Assembly (NCBI GenBank): GCA_963825865.1
Contig: CAWGVG010000018.1
Location: 1-64,000, forward strand
Length of the DNA stretch: 64,000 bases
From: an uncultured Nitrososphaeraceae archaeon
Lineage (GTDB): Archaea > Thermoproteota > Nitrososphaeria > Nitrososphaerales > Nitrososphaeraceae
Direction of reading: 5' to 3'
Part shown: positions 23,305 through 33,596 of the stretch, piece after piece
Position numbering within the stretch: the first letter of the stretch is position 1
How the letters are laid out: each line of letters opens with the position of its first letter
Program-made: the position numbers and the translations under genes
The notes under the pieces: generated by a model
What the model saw: only the letters and a program-made list of their open reading frames with translations
Database searches by the model: none
Told to the model about the DNA's origin: nothing

Positions 23305-24012
23305 TTGTCTTTGGCTAACAAAAGATTTACTCTGATGGGCATAATTGCTATAATAGTCATCATGTCATTGCTCACTTCTAAATTAGCAGTACCATTAGCA
23401 CATGCGGGAAGATCTAACAGGCGTTCAGGGATTGGTAGTTTTCTACCTATTCCAGACAACCTAATCACACCACCTAATCAAAGTCCCTCTGTTCCTTCTA
23501 ATGCAATAGCAGGCAGCGCTATTCCAAAAAATCTTATAAATGGACCATCATGTTCTACTAGTTGCCCACCAATAATTGGTACTGACAAGGATGATATCAT
23601 TTATGGTGTACCCACAACTGATGCCACTATATATGGTCTAAAAGGCGATGACGTTATAACAGGAGGACCTGGTAATTCTAAATTATATGGTGGAGATGGT
23701 AACGACGAAATTAATGGAGGTACTGGAAATGCTCTAATGGTTGGTGGAGAAGGAGATGATGTCCTCATTGGGGGAAGTGGAAATAATATCATTGTAGGTG
23801 GACCGGGAAACGATCAGCTATTTGCTGGGACTGGTTCTGATACTTTGATAGGCGGACCAGGTGCAGACTTTTTTAATTGTGGTTCACAAACAGGTACTGG
23901 AGGTTCGCCATCATCTGCTGTGATACTAGACTTTAACCCAGGTGATGGAGATACCAAGTCAAGCAATTGCAAATATGTGTTTACAGCAAGTGGAGCTCCA
24001 GCAAGCCCCTGA
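23305..24012 (+). CDS. Secreted RTX/hemolysin-type Ca-binding repeat protein
   Basis: Signal or TM N-terminus; repeated GGxGxDx nonapeptides. Confidence 0.85.
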   Translation: MSLANKRFTLMGIIAIIVIMSLLTSKLAVPLAHAGRSNRRSGIGSFLPIPDNLITPPNQSPSVPSNAIAGSAIPKNLINGPSCSTSCPPIIGTDKDDIIYGVPTTDATIYGLKGDDVITGGPGNSKLYGGDGNDEINGGTGNALMVGGEGDDVLIGGSGNNIIVGGPGNDQLFAGTGSDTLIGGPGADFFNCGSQTGTGGSPSSAVILDFNPGDGDTKSSNCKYVFTASGAPASP

Positions 24013-24385
24013 CTAACCCATATCTATCTAGAGTGGATTTTAAACGACAAATAATAATTCCGGTTCGCAATAAAATATGGAGAAGTATATGAAACTGCAC
24101 CGCCACCGCCTATTTTAGTCACAAAATTGGCATTATTGTAATATGAATATTGGGTATGATGAAGTTAAAAAACAGCAAGATGCAAGAATGGTTGATGTTA
24201 TGACGTTCCTTTACAGGTACAGGTACATAACAACGCTCGAACTGCTTAGCTATGAGACTCAAATTTGGTGAGAGATAATTTGAATTGTTAAAGTGAGAGG
24301 ATCTAGATATATTCATTGAAAATACTACAATCAGAGTGGATAGTAATAAAACTGACCAGATGTGAAGTTTGGATTACTTAACTAC

Positions 24386-24740
24386 TCAATTCCTATTCAT
24401 ATTTCTAGTTCCAAATTCAAATGTAGATCCACTTGAACTATAGTCAAATTTGTAAACTTCATTATTAGCAATTGGCAGTGATTCTACTTTGGCATTATCG
24501 CAGGCAGGACATTTAGAGACTGTTTTACCGTCGTCATTTAACAAATAAGTTGCACACCAAAAACAGGCTTCACATAGTAGAAAAAGTTAATTTTGATGGC
24601 TTGCAGTATCTTTTACATTACTTTATATGAGCTGTATTCGGATTATAGCTAATTCTACTTGCAATATTGTTATCAGTATTATTATTGTAACCTGCGTGAT
24701 AGGATGAGGAATAGTTCATAGCTCTTTTCTCAAGTAACAT
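24386..24740 (-). pseudogene. Small Cys-rich Zn-finger protein (FLLCEACFWCAT..KCPACDNAKVESLP), disrupted
   Basis: Manual translation; paralog of 41908-42174; contains an internal stop and a frameshift. Confidence 0.65.
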
Positions 24741-24762
24741 TAGCACAATGTTTAGCAAATGG

Positions 24763-24789
24763 CTAATAAGCTTGAATTAACCATGTTAA
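24763..24789 (-). promoter_or_regulatory. TATA/BRE with abutting TTAAC-N3-GTTAA palindrome
   Basis: Minus strand ttaacatggttaa-ttcaag-cttattag; TATA-like box ends 23 nt before the ATG at 24740. Confidence 0.5.
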
Positions 24790-24989
24790 TCATTGCCTAT
24801 ATAATACAAAGTAGAAGAGAGAGGTAGCAAGGCAGGCCACTATTATTTATGCTCAACGGTTACTTGATGGTTCCTTGGAAAGTCTGAATCTGTTGTTTTT
24901 ATGTGGTTTTTACAAAAGACAAAGATAAAGCTGAAATAAATTAGCAATCATTATATCACATTCTCATAATAATGTACACATAATTATTA

Positions 24990-25540
24990 ATGCCTAATTC
25001 CGCTGCACCTGTTGCTGACAATAGGAAAACTGTAACAATGACCTTTAGAGTAGATGAAGCCATCATGACTAAATTACGTCACGAATCAGAAAGAGAGAGA
25101 TAAGCCTTAATACGCTTGTCAATCAAATTTTCAAGCACTTTGTAGAATGGGACGTGTTTGAATCTAAGGTTGGAATGATACCAATTGCAAGACCAATAGT
25201 AGTTGAACTTTTTGAAAAAATGACTGAAGACGAAATAATTGACGTAGCAAAGCGGATTGGTAAGAATACTGTAAGAGATATAGCATTATTTATGAAAAAT
25301 AAAGTAGAAATATACTCTTTCCTATCTTGGTTTGAAGCACGTATGAAAAGTTCTTTTTTAGAAATAAAACACGATATTGAAAATAATAATACTCATGTGT
25401 ATATTGTGAAACACGATCTTGGAAAGAATTGGTCGTTATATCATAAGGCTGTTTTGGAATTAATTTTCATGGAGTTATTAGGACGGCCCATAGACGTAAT
25501 TACAACGTCTACTACACTATCATTTAGAATCAAAGGATAA
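24990..25540 (+). pseudogene. Ribbon-helix-helix regulator with thaumarchaeal C-terminal domain; frameshift in GA repeat at 25092-25100
   Basis: KTVTMTFRVDEAIMTKLRHESERE / ISLNTLVNQIFKHFVEWD continues into the 25154 ORF (KHDLGKNWSLYHK). Confidence 0.75.
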
Positions 25541-25625
25541 AAATTTCCATCCAGAATGATTGCAATTAATTGCAGTATACACCTATTCCATAAATAGTTC
25601 ATTGAACTACAATCGCTGATAATAG

Positions 25626-25811
25626 TTGCCAATTGGTTGCAAAGGAATTTGTACTCGACTTAAAATTTCAGGTGGAGGAGTGCAATCTATATATCACAGA
25701 GGATTTAAGAGATGTTCTGTTTGTTGTATATATATTAAATATGATGGTTCAAAATGTCCCTGTTGCGGCTACTCCCTTAATCAAAGAAAAGAAACAACAA
25801 TAGTAAAATAG
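25626..25811 (+). CDS. Small thaumarchaeal Zn-finger protein
   Basis: CKGIC...KRCSVCCIYIKYDGSKCPCCGYSL. Confidence 0.7.
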   Translation: MPIGCKGICTRLKISGGGVQSIYHRGFKRCSVCCIYIKYDGSKCPCCGYSLNQRKETTIVK

Positions 25812-25844
25812 TAAAGCAATTGCAGGTAGCACAATAATTACAAA

Positions 25845-26093
25845 TTGACATTTCCCGATATGATAACTTTGTCTATTTGTCCCGTACGGATAGACGAAGC
25901 CTATCTTCTTGTAAGCCCAGAAGATAGCAGAATAGATAACGATGATATGCCTACTCAACCATCGACAGAAGAAACAGTCACCGAGACTACACAGCTGTTG
26001 CAACAACAGAGAAAAAAGACAAAGCAAGCCTTCTCAAGAGAATCTTTGATTTTTAGAAAAGAAAGTCGAAGGCACAGATATAATATCATTTAA
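25845..26093 (+). CDS. Hypothetical small protein
   Basis: ORF co-oriented with the preceding Zn-finger gene; no recognised motif. Confidence 0.35.
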   Translation: MTFPDMITLSICPVRIDEAYLLVSPEDSRIDNDDMPTQPSTEETVTETTQLLQQQRKKTKQAFSRESLIFRKESRRHRYNII

Positions 26094-26145
26094 GTTTACT
26101 AAGCAATACCTAAAAATAGACATGGCCGCCAACATGTAATAATCT

Positions 26146-26583
26146 TTAAAGGCTTTTATCTTCTATATTTATAGGCTTTGCAAACGAAAGCTGATATCCA
26201 TCTGATTCTCGTATATGGAAATATCTTTCACCCCATGGAGCATCTGTAGGTTCATTCTCAAAAGTTATTGTATTTGAGATGCCTTCATTGTTCTTGAAAA
26301 ACGAATATAGTTCGTCTACATCTTCAGTGTGGAAAATTATCCTTCCAAAATGTCTTCTTGTATTATGCGCACTGTGATTATTACTGTTAAATATACTTAA
26401 TTCCAGATTTAAATACATCTTAGTAGCGTATTCGCCAATTTCACCAATTTCGTATGTAGTAAAAGTATCATCACTTGACCCACCATAAACTAACTTAAAA
26501 CCTGGTATTTGAGAGTAAAAATTACAAGACCTCTCCATGTTTTTAATTATTAAAGTTACTGCAGAGATTTTGTATACTTTCAT
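26146..26583 (-). CDS. VOC/glyoxalase family protein
   Basis: ISAVTL..NMERSCNFY, GRIIFHTEDVDELY, PTDAPWGERYFHIRESDGYQLSF. Confidence 0.88.
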   Translation of the reverse strand: MKVYKISAVTLIIKNMERSCNFYSQIPGFKLVYGGSSDDTFTTYEIGEIGEYATKMYLNLELSIFNSNNHSAHNTRRHFGRIIFHTEDVDELYSFFKNNEGISNTITFENEPTDAPWGERYFHIRESDGYQLSFAKPINIEDKSL

Positions 26584-27289
26584 AGTTTTAAATTATACAC
26601 AATTATAACTTACAGTCATTATAAAACTGCAGCTTTATACATCAGTGTAGTACAAAAGCTTAACTTTAAAATTTGACTCAATTTTGCCACCCATATTTAG
26701 AATTTATTTATAAAACGATAATACTAGGGATATACTTATTATATCAGATATATTTATCTACTTGATAGTAATATTTTGAATCTGTTAAATATTACTCAAA
26801 CCCTCTTCTTAGCCGCGATATCCATATCCTGCTACATGATTGTAAGTATCTTTTTATCCAGACACCGTTCTACTTCCAAAACATGCCTGAGTGCTTTTCG
26901 CAGTGGTTGTTATCTTACTGTATATTATGATGTATGACCTATTAAATCATAGTGTATTTGAACTTGTTATCTAGATCAGCACAAAGGAATCAGAAAAAAT
27001 ATTGGAGATGCAGTTTCAGACCCAGGAACTTCAGCAGGCCCCGCAGAGAATCTGCATAGGTATCTTCCTAAGTGACACCTATCATAGTATGCTTTGTTCG
27101 TGCCTATGCCATTATTACATTCTTGTATTATAATCACCGAACTATATTCATCTGTTATCATAGTCTTGGGAATCCGCTTATTGCAGTAATTGAGAAATAA
27201 TTACTACTATTTGCCATATTCAACTCACTTTAAGCAAAGGCTAACTAGTTAGTGTGTTTATATCAGAGTGAAATGTTAGCTAAGATACT

Positions 27290-27820
27290 ATGTATATTAG
27301 AAAACCATTGCTGATAATAGTAATAGTGGCGATGGGAGTAGCGCTTGTCACAATGAGTGCTGGTCGTGGCGGCGGTCTGGTGACTTCAACTAGCAGTTCA
27401 TCAGCTTTTGCACAAGGAGAGCAAAAGTTTACTGCAAAAATGGCAGGTAAGGACGAAGTGCCACCAAAAGATACTAAGGCAAATGGAACTGCAGAATTTA
27501 ACCTAAGTGCTGATGGAAATAAGATGACATATGTGGTCAATGTTAAGAATATAGATAAAGTAACAATGGCACACATCCATAGCGGCAAAGTAGGGGAAAA
27601 TGGACCTCCTGTAGTATGGCTATTCAACTCTACAACGCCTAGCGGTCCGATGAATGGAATGTTGTCACAAGGGAATATCACAGCTACTGATTTGGTAGGA
27701 CCGTTGAAGGGCAAACAGATGTCTGATCTAGTCAAGTTGATAAATGACGGCCAAGCATATGCTAATGTTCATACAGAACCTAATCCCAAAGGCGAAATAC
27801 GCGGGCAAATATCTAAATAA
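27290..27820 (+). CDS. CHRD domain protein, secreted
   Basis: GKDEVPP, AHIHSG..GENGPPV, YANVHTEPNPKGEIRGQI. Confidence 0.92.
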   Translation: MYIRKPLLIIVIVAMGVALVTMSAGRGGGLVTSTSSSSAFAQGEQKFTAKMAGKDEVPPKDTKANGTAEFNLSADGNKMTYVVNVKNIDKVTMAHIHSGKVGENGPPVVWLFNSTTPSGPMNGMLSQGNITATDLVGPLKGKQMSDLVKLINDGQAYANVHTEPNPKGEIRGQISK

Positions 27821-28141
27821 CAACAATAGATGAAATCTCCTTAATTTTTTTCTCAAACAATAGTTTTCTTCCTATAATTATTTCAACATCTTACGGAGAT
27901 AAGCTCTGACATTATCGACGCAAGTTCCAACAATATATCTACATTCAACGTAGCCAAAACAACCGCAAATGGTGAGTCTCCTAAACTCGAAACGGCAAAT
28001 CAAGCGTATCGGTTACGGCATCTGATATGAAATGAATTCGATCTTCCTAATTCAGTAAGCAACTTTGTTGAATATTATACAGAATAATAGAATTCATTCC
28101 ACCTTTTTGTAGCGCATAGGAATACTCTATTATAAGGTATA

Positions 28142-28372
28142 TTGTCTACAATTAACATATTGAAAAAAGGAAATGACATCTCATCTAAGAGCTTAATTTC
28201 AAAGCTTATTGAAAGCTGCAGAGGTGAACAAGATGTAGACAAGAAAATTCAGACTTTATATCATATAAATTCAATACTTCCTAAATCGCAAAAGCTAAAG
28301 ATACCATCATTACTTACTGATGATTATGTTGAAACCGCCTTGTATAATGTCGAACAAACACAGATAATGTAG
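28142..28372 (+). CDS. Hypothetical protein
   Basis: Plausible helical ORF ending KIPSLLTDDYVETALY. Confidence 0.5.
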   Translation: MSTINILKKGNDISSKSLISKLIESCRGEQDVDKKIQTLYHINSILPKSQKLKIPSLLTDDYVETALYNVEQTQIM

Positions 28373-28882
28373 TAGACTTTAATGGACCAAATACATGTGA
28401 GTTGTCATATAAAGTCCTCCCTACTGCCCCGGCGTTGATAATACCAGGCATACGTCCCCTGATGTTAGAAAACTTGGGCGAGTGTTTCAGTTTCTCATAA
28501 ATCATGATCAGGTCCTATATTGTATCTGGATTTGGTAATGATCCTTCGGCCGTGATGCAATTACATCTTAACGTTATAGAATATATCAAAAACTCAACAA
28601 AATATAGGTTTATTTTTTGTCCGACGACAGAATTATACTTTTTCAATTTGCTAACGGCACACTATTGGTTAACATAATCTATAGATACCTCCTTAAGTAA
28701 GCCATAACAAAAATTGTAAACTCATCTTAATTCAAGGATAATTACTTTCTCTGGTCTTAATTAGGATAATATTTATAGCCAATATGAATAGTCTAGTTAG
28801 TTAGGCGAGCGAGCCACTTGGTCACCTCCTCACTCGTTGGGAAGTACAAACAATCATACATTCTGAAATGTGTACCCGCTGC

Positions 28883-29170
28883 TTAACTGTGTGTTACTTT
28901 GTAATTTTTGTATTCAACCACTTTATTCATTTTATTTTGTTTCTTAGATTCCCTTGAAATCCATAGTAAAGTGGAAAGTGTGTAAGTAGGAATAAAGTCT
29001 CCAATAAATGGTATGAGTTCGATTGTGTTTATAGCTGTAGATAATTTGCTTTTTGTTATGGAGTATAATAAACTAGTAGTAATAACGTCAAGTAGATCTC
29101 CAATAACTGGCATGTCAAAGAGCGGAGCAGCGAGGTAGTCTAATGCATCAGCTATGACAGATATCGTCAT
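28883..29170 (-). CDS. Small membrane protein
   Basis: ADALDY..PVIGDLLD..ELIPFIGDFIPTYT hydrophobic pattern. Confidence 0.6.
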   Translation of the reverse strand: MTISVIADALDYLAAPLFDMPVIGDLLDVITTSLLYSITKSKLSTAINTIELIPFIGDFIPTYTLSTLLWISRESKKQNKMNKVVEYKNYKVTHS

Positions 29171-29260
29171 GGCCGGCCTGCGGCTTTGTGAATAAATGGT
29201 GCATGTTCACCTATTATTTGCATACTATCTGATATATTATACCACATGTTTTATAAACAT

Positions 29261-29336
29261 ATCACTAGAGATATCAGTTGAATCACTAGCGATTTCTACA
29301 TCATCACTACAGCTATTTGTGAATATCGCTAGCAAT
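29261..29336. promoter_or_regulatory. Phased array of four ATC(A/G)CTA(G/C) sites, 21-22 bp period
   Basis: Sites start at 29261, 29282, 29303 and 29325, just upstream of a TATA-like tttataaa (~29249-29257) of the 29170 gene. Confidence 0.5.
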
Positions 29337-29973
29337 ATGTCGAATTGCTTATCAAATGCAAACAATTAATCTGTATTTAGTGAACCTAAATTATTAAGCC
29401 GGGACGTGAGTACAAAGATCTTGCTGATTTCCTTTTCTTTCAATAGGGTTTAGGTCACTAAGCGTTCTTTGATGAGTGGATTATGGGCAGACCTGCTTCA
29501 ATAGCATACCTATAATAATTTTCATGATGACCATTAGATTTTGTCTGTCATAATAACACTAAAAGGTACTGTTATGTGCAGCAAACATTCTATAAACTGA
29601 ACATAACGAGTCAAGTAGCAAGTTTATAAAATTTATACTCCAGTTCTGATTAGATTCTGGTTTTTACCAGCAATATTGTTTTTATTACTAACCTTTGCAG
29701 TGATACTACTATTATTAGTGTTACCTTTGATTTGTTGTTTTTGTGAATCATTTATTGTTTCACCAAAAGCAGTTGGATTATGCATACCCTATGATTATAT
29801 CACTAACTGAAACTATTACCCTGCAAGATATAGATACAGCCAGTGAATGAAGGATACTTGGTGCAACAAATAGAATGCAGATGACAACAAAAATATTCAT
29901 TGTCAATTTTCTACTTTGACTGTATATACTTTTAATGTACTAATCACAAAAATCGGCAACGACTGTATGGGGA

Positions 29974-30249
29974 GTGACCAATCCAGATGATATTGCTTGG
30001 ATGAATGCTCGCTTATGTCCCATGCCGTGGCATACTCACAATCAGTCTTTGAAGATCCAAAAAATACAAGCCAAGAAATTAGCCAGAAGATATGTCTGTT
30101 GTACTGATTTTAAAAATTTTCATTTTATGGCTCAAAGAGCAAAGTCAGAAGAAACGTGGGATTACTATGAACTAAGAACAGGTCATGATGTAATGATTAT
30201 AGTTCCAAATGATCTAGTACGACTATTATTGCAAATATTGTTTAAGTAA
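29974..30249 (+). pseudogene. Alpha/beta hydrolase C-terminal fragment
   Basis: WMNARLCPMPW...WDYYELRTGHDVM; no N-terminal half. Confidence 0.65.
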
Positions 30250-30317
30250 TTGGTCACGGTAACATGTTAAAAGATAGAACATAAAGACTTTATCTCCTTC
30301 ATTTACATTCTTTATTA

Positions 30318-31559
30318 TCAACAATTTAAAATACATTCATCATATCGATTTTCTATAACTAGTCTTGACATCTGTACTGCGCTACGTATGGTTTTTTCTA
30401 TATCTTGATTTATTTGTTGACTATTTTGCATTTTATCATAGTTGTTCTCGGTATCCTCAGCATACCAACCCCTACTCCAACCTACAAATGGAAATTTTCC
30501 AAACACAAAACCCAGCTGGGACCAGAATGTCATGAGTTCTCCGGATACGTGCTGGATGTTGTCCTGGCCTCCAGTGACTATGAAAGCAGCAACTTTATCT
30601 CGAATTAGGTAAGTATCATGAGTGGTAGCTTGATTTTGTACACAGTTCATTCTTTGAACCATTTGATAATATAGAGAACTGGCACTACCCCATCGTATTG
30701 GTGTAGCTATAATTACTACGTCTGCCCAAATTATGACTTGTCGATATATTTCTATCATCTGATCCTCTTCATCCATCTCTGAGATCGAACATGGGAATAT
30801 GCAGGCTTTAGCATTTTTAGAATAGTATCCCTCGCAGTGTTTGAAATTCAAGTCTCTAAGTTTTATCATTATCGTCTCTGCACAAAGTTTCCTCTTTGAG
30901 TAATCCAGAGCGTAAAGCAAGGCCCTCTCTGAAGTACTTTTACGTGGTGCAACCTTATCATTTGCATTAGTAGTCGATATTCCTAATACTTTTATCTTCT
31001 TAATAGGGACTTCAAGTCTCTTGTCTGCATCCATATGACTCAAGTATTCTTTAACCGATTTTTCCAATTCTGCATAGGCTTTATGCGGCTCTGTGACTCT
31101 ATAGCCAACATTCGTAGGGATAGCATTTGCATATATTTTATCATCGACTATCTTAATCTCATATGAATTGACGCTATCCCCTCCCTTATGTGAAGACTTA
31201 CCATCAACAACAGAATACTTCCATCCATGCCAGGGACATGTTACAATTTTTCCTTCCAGTAGCCCCTTGCTAAGTGGCCCTCCTTTATGTTGACATGTAT
31301 TCGATATACCATAATATTTTTCATCTACGTTAAATACAGCAATTTCAATTTTTGTTCCTTTTTTATTACTTATTGAAAAGCCTCTTGATTGACCAGGATG
31401 AATATCCTTTGCTAGGCATAGGCAATGAAAATCTTCATTTCTATCACTATTATTATTACTATCATCATTATAATCAAATATTTTCTTCATATCTGTATTT
31501 TCCATGATTTTTTCGGAATAATAATAATCATCATCAAACAACATATTGCAGTTTAGCAT
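30318..31559 (-). CDS. Rieske [2Fe-2S] ferredoxin fused to flavodoxin-like (NAD(P)H-dependent FMN reductase/ISF-like) domain
   Basis: CQHKGGPL..CPWHGW Rieske motifs; IATPIRWGSASS and TGGQD flavodoxin-fold motifs. Confidence 0.88.
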   Translation of the reverse strand: MLNCNMLFDDDYYYSEKIMENTDMKKIFDYNDDSNNNSDRNEDFHCLCLAKDIHPGQSRGFSISNKKGTKIEIAVFNVDEKYYGISNTCQHKGGPLSKGLLEGKIVTCPWHGWKYSVVDGKSSHKGGDSVNSYEIKIVDDKIYANAIPTNVGYRVTEPHKAYAELEKSVKEYLSHMDADKRLEVPIKKIKVLGISTTNANDKVAPRKSTSERALLYALDYSKRKLCAETIMIKLRDLNFKHCEGYYSKNAKACIFPCSISEMDEEDQMIEIYRQVIIWADVVIIATPIRWGSASSLYYQMVQRMNCVQNQATTHDTYLIRDKVAAFIVTGGQDNIQHVSGELMTFWSQLGFVFGKFPFVGWSRGWYAEDTENNYDKMQNSQQINQDIEKTIRSAVQMSRLVIENRYDECILNC

Positions 31560-31989
31560 TTAAAAAATATTATGAAAAGGCTTAGCAATTAACTAGTCAG
31601 ATGATTAGCAATTTAAGAGATTTGCAACGCAATAGAGAAGAACAATACGATGTATATTAGAATATATGCAATCTTAAAATTCTCTGATCGAAGGTTAAAT
31701 GAAAGACTTGAAAAGAACATAGTCAAAGAAACAGCAGCATGTATCATGCCAGTCACCTTCAACCAAAAAGTGAGGCCCTTCGTCTATTAAGCCAATTTCA
31801 AAAGTACAGCTGCGACTGCTAATTGGAATATATCTAATAAATTCATCTTCGTAAATCGCCAGTATAGGTAGACCAGACGATAACGATGATTTTCGTGGGA
31901 TAGGTCATGGTCTAGGTAGTCTAGGCAACTCGCATAATCATGTAGGATACAATCTACAAATCCTGCGTCAAGATTAATATACTATTATC

Positions 31990-32649
31990 TTATTGTCGTT
32001 CCAAGTTCCAAGATATAATTTCCTTTCGTAGCTGATTTAGAAACAATTCTATAAACGTAGTACACTGTACTGCTATCTCTTTTGCAGTTTTTGTATGCAT
32101 AGTATTTTTTAATATCAACAATTTCTTTTTAACATGATCTAGTGTCCACTGAGTATCATTTAATTCTCTATCTGTTTCACAAAATGGATCTGCTGGGTTA
32201 TAAAGAGACCTATTCTCACTTCCACCAACACTAAAAGTTCTGGCTATCCCGATTGCACCTATTGCATCCAATCTGTCAGCATCCTGCAAGATTTTCCCTT
32301 CCAAAGTAGCAGGAGTTGATCTCTTTGAATAGCTATGGGTACGTATAGCATCGGCAACCCTTTCTATTTTTTCTGTAGGATATGAGTTGTATTGAAATAA
32401 TATTTTCCGTGCCATCTCCGCGCTATCGTCTGCAGAATTTAAGGTTTTGCTACTTCGCTTCGGATAAACTACCAAATCATGCAATAGAGCAGCTGCAAGA
32501 ACAATATCCGAATCAGCACCTTCTTCTTTCTTGTATATCATTTCAGCGTTACTATATACTCTTAGTATGTGTTGGAAATCATGAGCTGGAGATTGATTGC
32601 GAAGCAATGATTCTACTCTTCTCATTATTTGTTCTAAATTAATTGTCAT
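31990..32649 (-). CDS. HD-domain metal-dependent phosphohydrolase
   Basis: AHDFQH..RV, AALLHD, HSYS, QDADRLDAIGAIGIAR. Confidence 0.92.
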   Translation of the reverse strand: MTINLEQIMRRVESLLRNQSPAHDFQHILRVYSNAEMIYKKEEGADSDIVLAAALLHDLVVYPKRSSKTLNSADDSAEMARKILFQYNSYPTEKIERVADAIRTHSYSKRSTPATLEGKILQDADRLDAIGAIGIARTFSVGGSENRSLYNPADPFCETDRELNDTQWTLDHVKKKLLILKNTMHTKTAKEIAVQCTTFIELFLNQLRKEIISWNLERQ

Positions 32650-32926
32650 ATCTATTCTTGAAGAGATAGGATTATTTTATTTCAAGTATATAAAACAAAC
32701 AGGTCATATCTGCATTGAGTTTTTCACGTAGAGTCCTCTTGTCTTGAAAATAAGTAATCAATCACATGACACTTTTGTTGCTGTAAGTATTCACAAAGTA
32801 TAGGATATTAAAAGTATGATGAATACATTTGCGGCCTCGTAGAAAGGTGGTTTTTTCTAGGATGGTGGTTTTAGGATCGTGCAATTGAAAGAGCACAACG
32901 TGAAAAGTAATTGGCCATAATAGATC

Positions 32927-33290
32927 TCACTTTACTACCATTACAGCACAATGGGCATAAGATACAACACCAGATGCAACACTTCCTAGCAGTAATTTCT
33001 TTAAGCCTGACCTTCCTCTTGTTCCTATAACAATTAAATCAATATTTTCCTTTTAGGCAAAGGCTACAATACCACCTACCGCAGATGTAGATGTAATCAA
33101 TTTCGTTCTCAATTGAATTTTGTTGTTGTTGTTACTATCTTCATAATATTTTTCTCTTATTTTATCCATATACTTTTGAGCTTCATGTTTTATTTCATTT
33201 ACATGGGTTGGTGGAACTGATCCAAATAGGGTTACATCGGATAGGATAACATGGAGCGCAACTAGCTCTGAATTGTATTTCCTAGCCGTT
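32927..33290 (-). pseudogene. Universal stress protein (UspA family) relic
   Basis: KYNSELVALHV...[46 protein letters not shown]; 5' end missing. Confidence 0.8.
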
Positions 33291-33596
33291 TCAGGCTCCT
33301 TATTCCATCTCTGATCATCTTAGTTTTACATGAATAAGCTTTTTCATCTTTTGTTTCGTCTACTTTATGGCACTAACTAGCAGCTAACGATATGCATGTA
33401 ACTAATATTTTTTGTCATTACTAAGTTTAGTAGCCACTATTAGTAAAGATAAAATAAAGTCTACTGATTAAGTTAATAAACGTAGATCATAATAAGCAAA
33501 TCATTGTTAAATCAGATATATATAATACTGAACAGTTGCAGTATTTTGGCGGAACCAGATCGAGGCATGTGATAGTTTTTAATTGGCGTTATCATC

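Noticed and set aside
27280-27735. Long antisense ORFs (also 8187-8423, 36065-36364, 50337-50615, 53605-53988)
   Set aside because: Shadows of well-supported genes on the opposite strand, with no motifs of their own.
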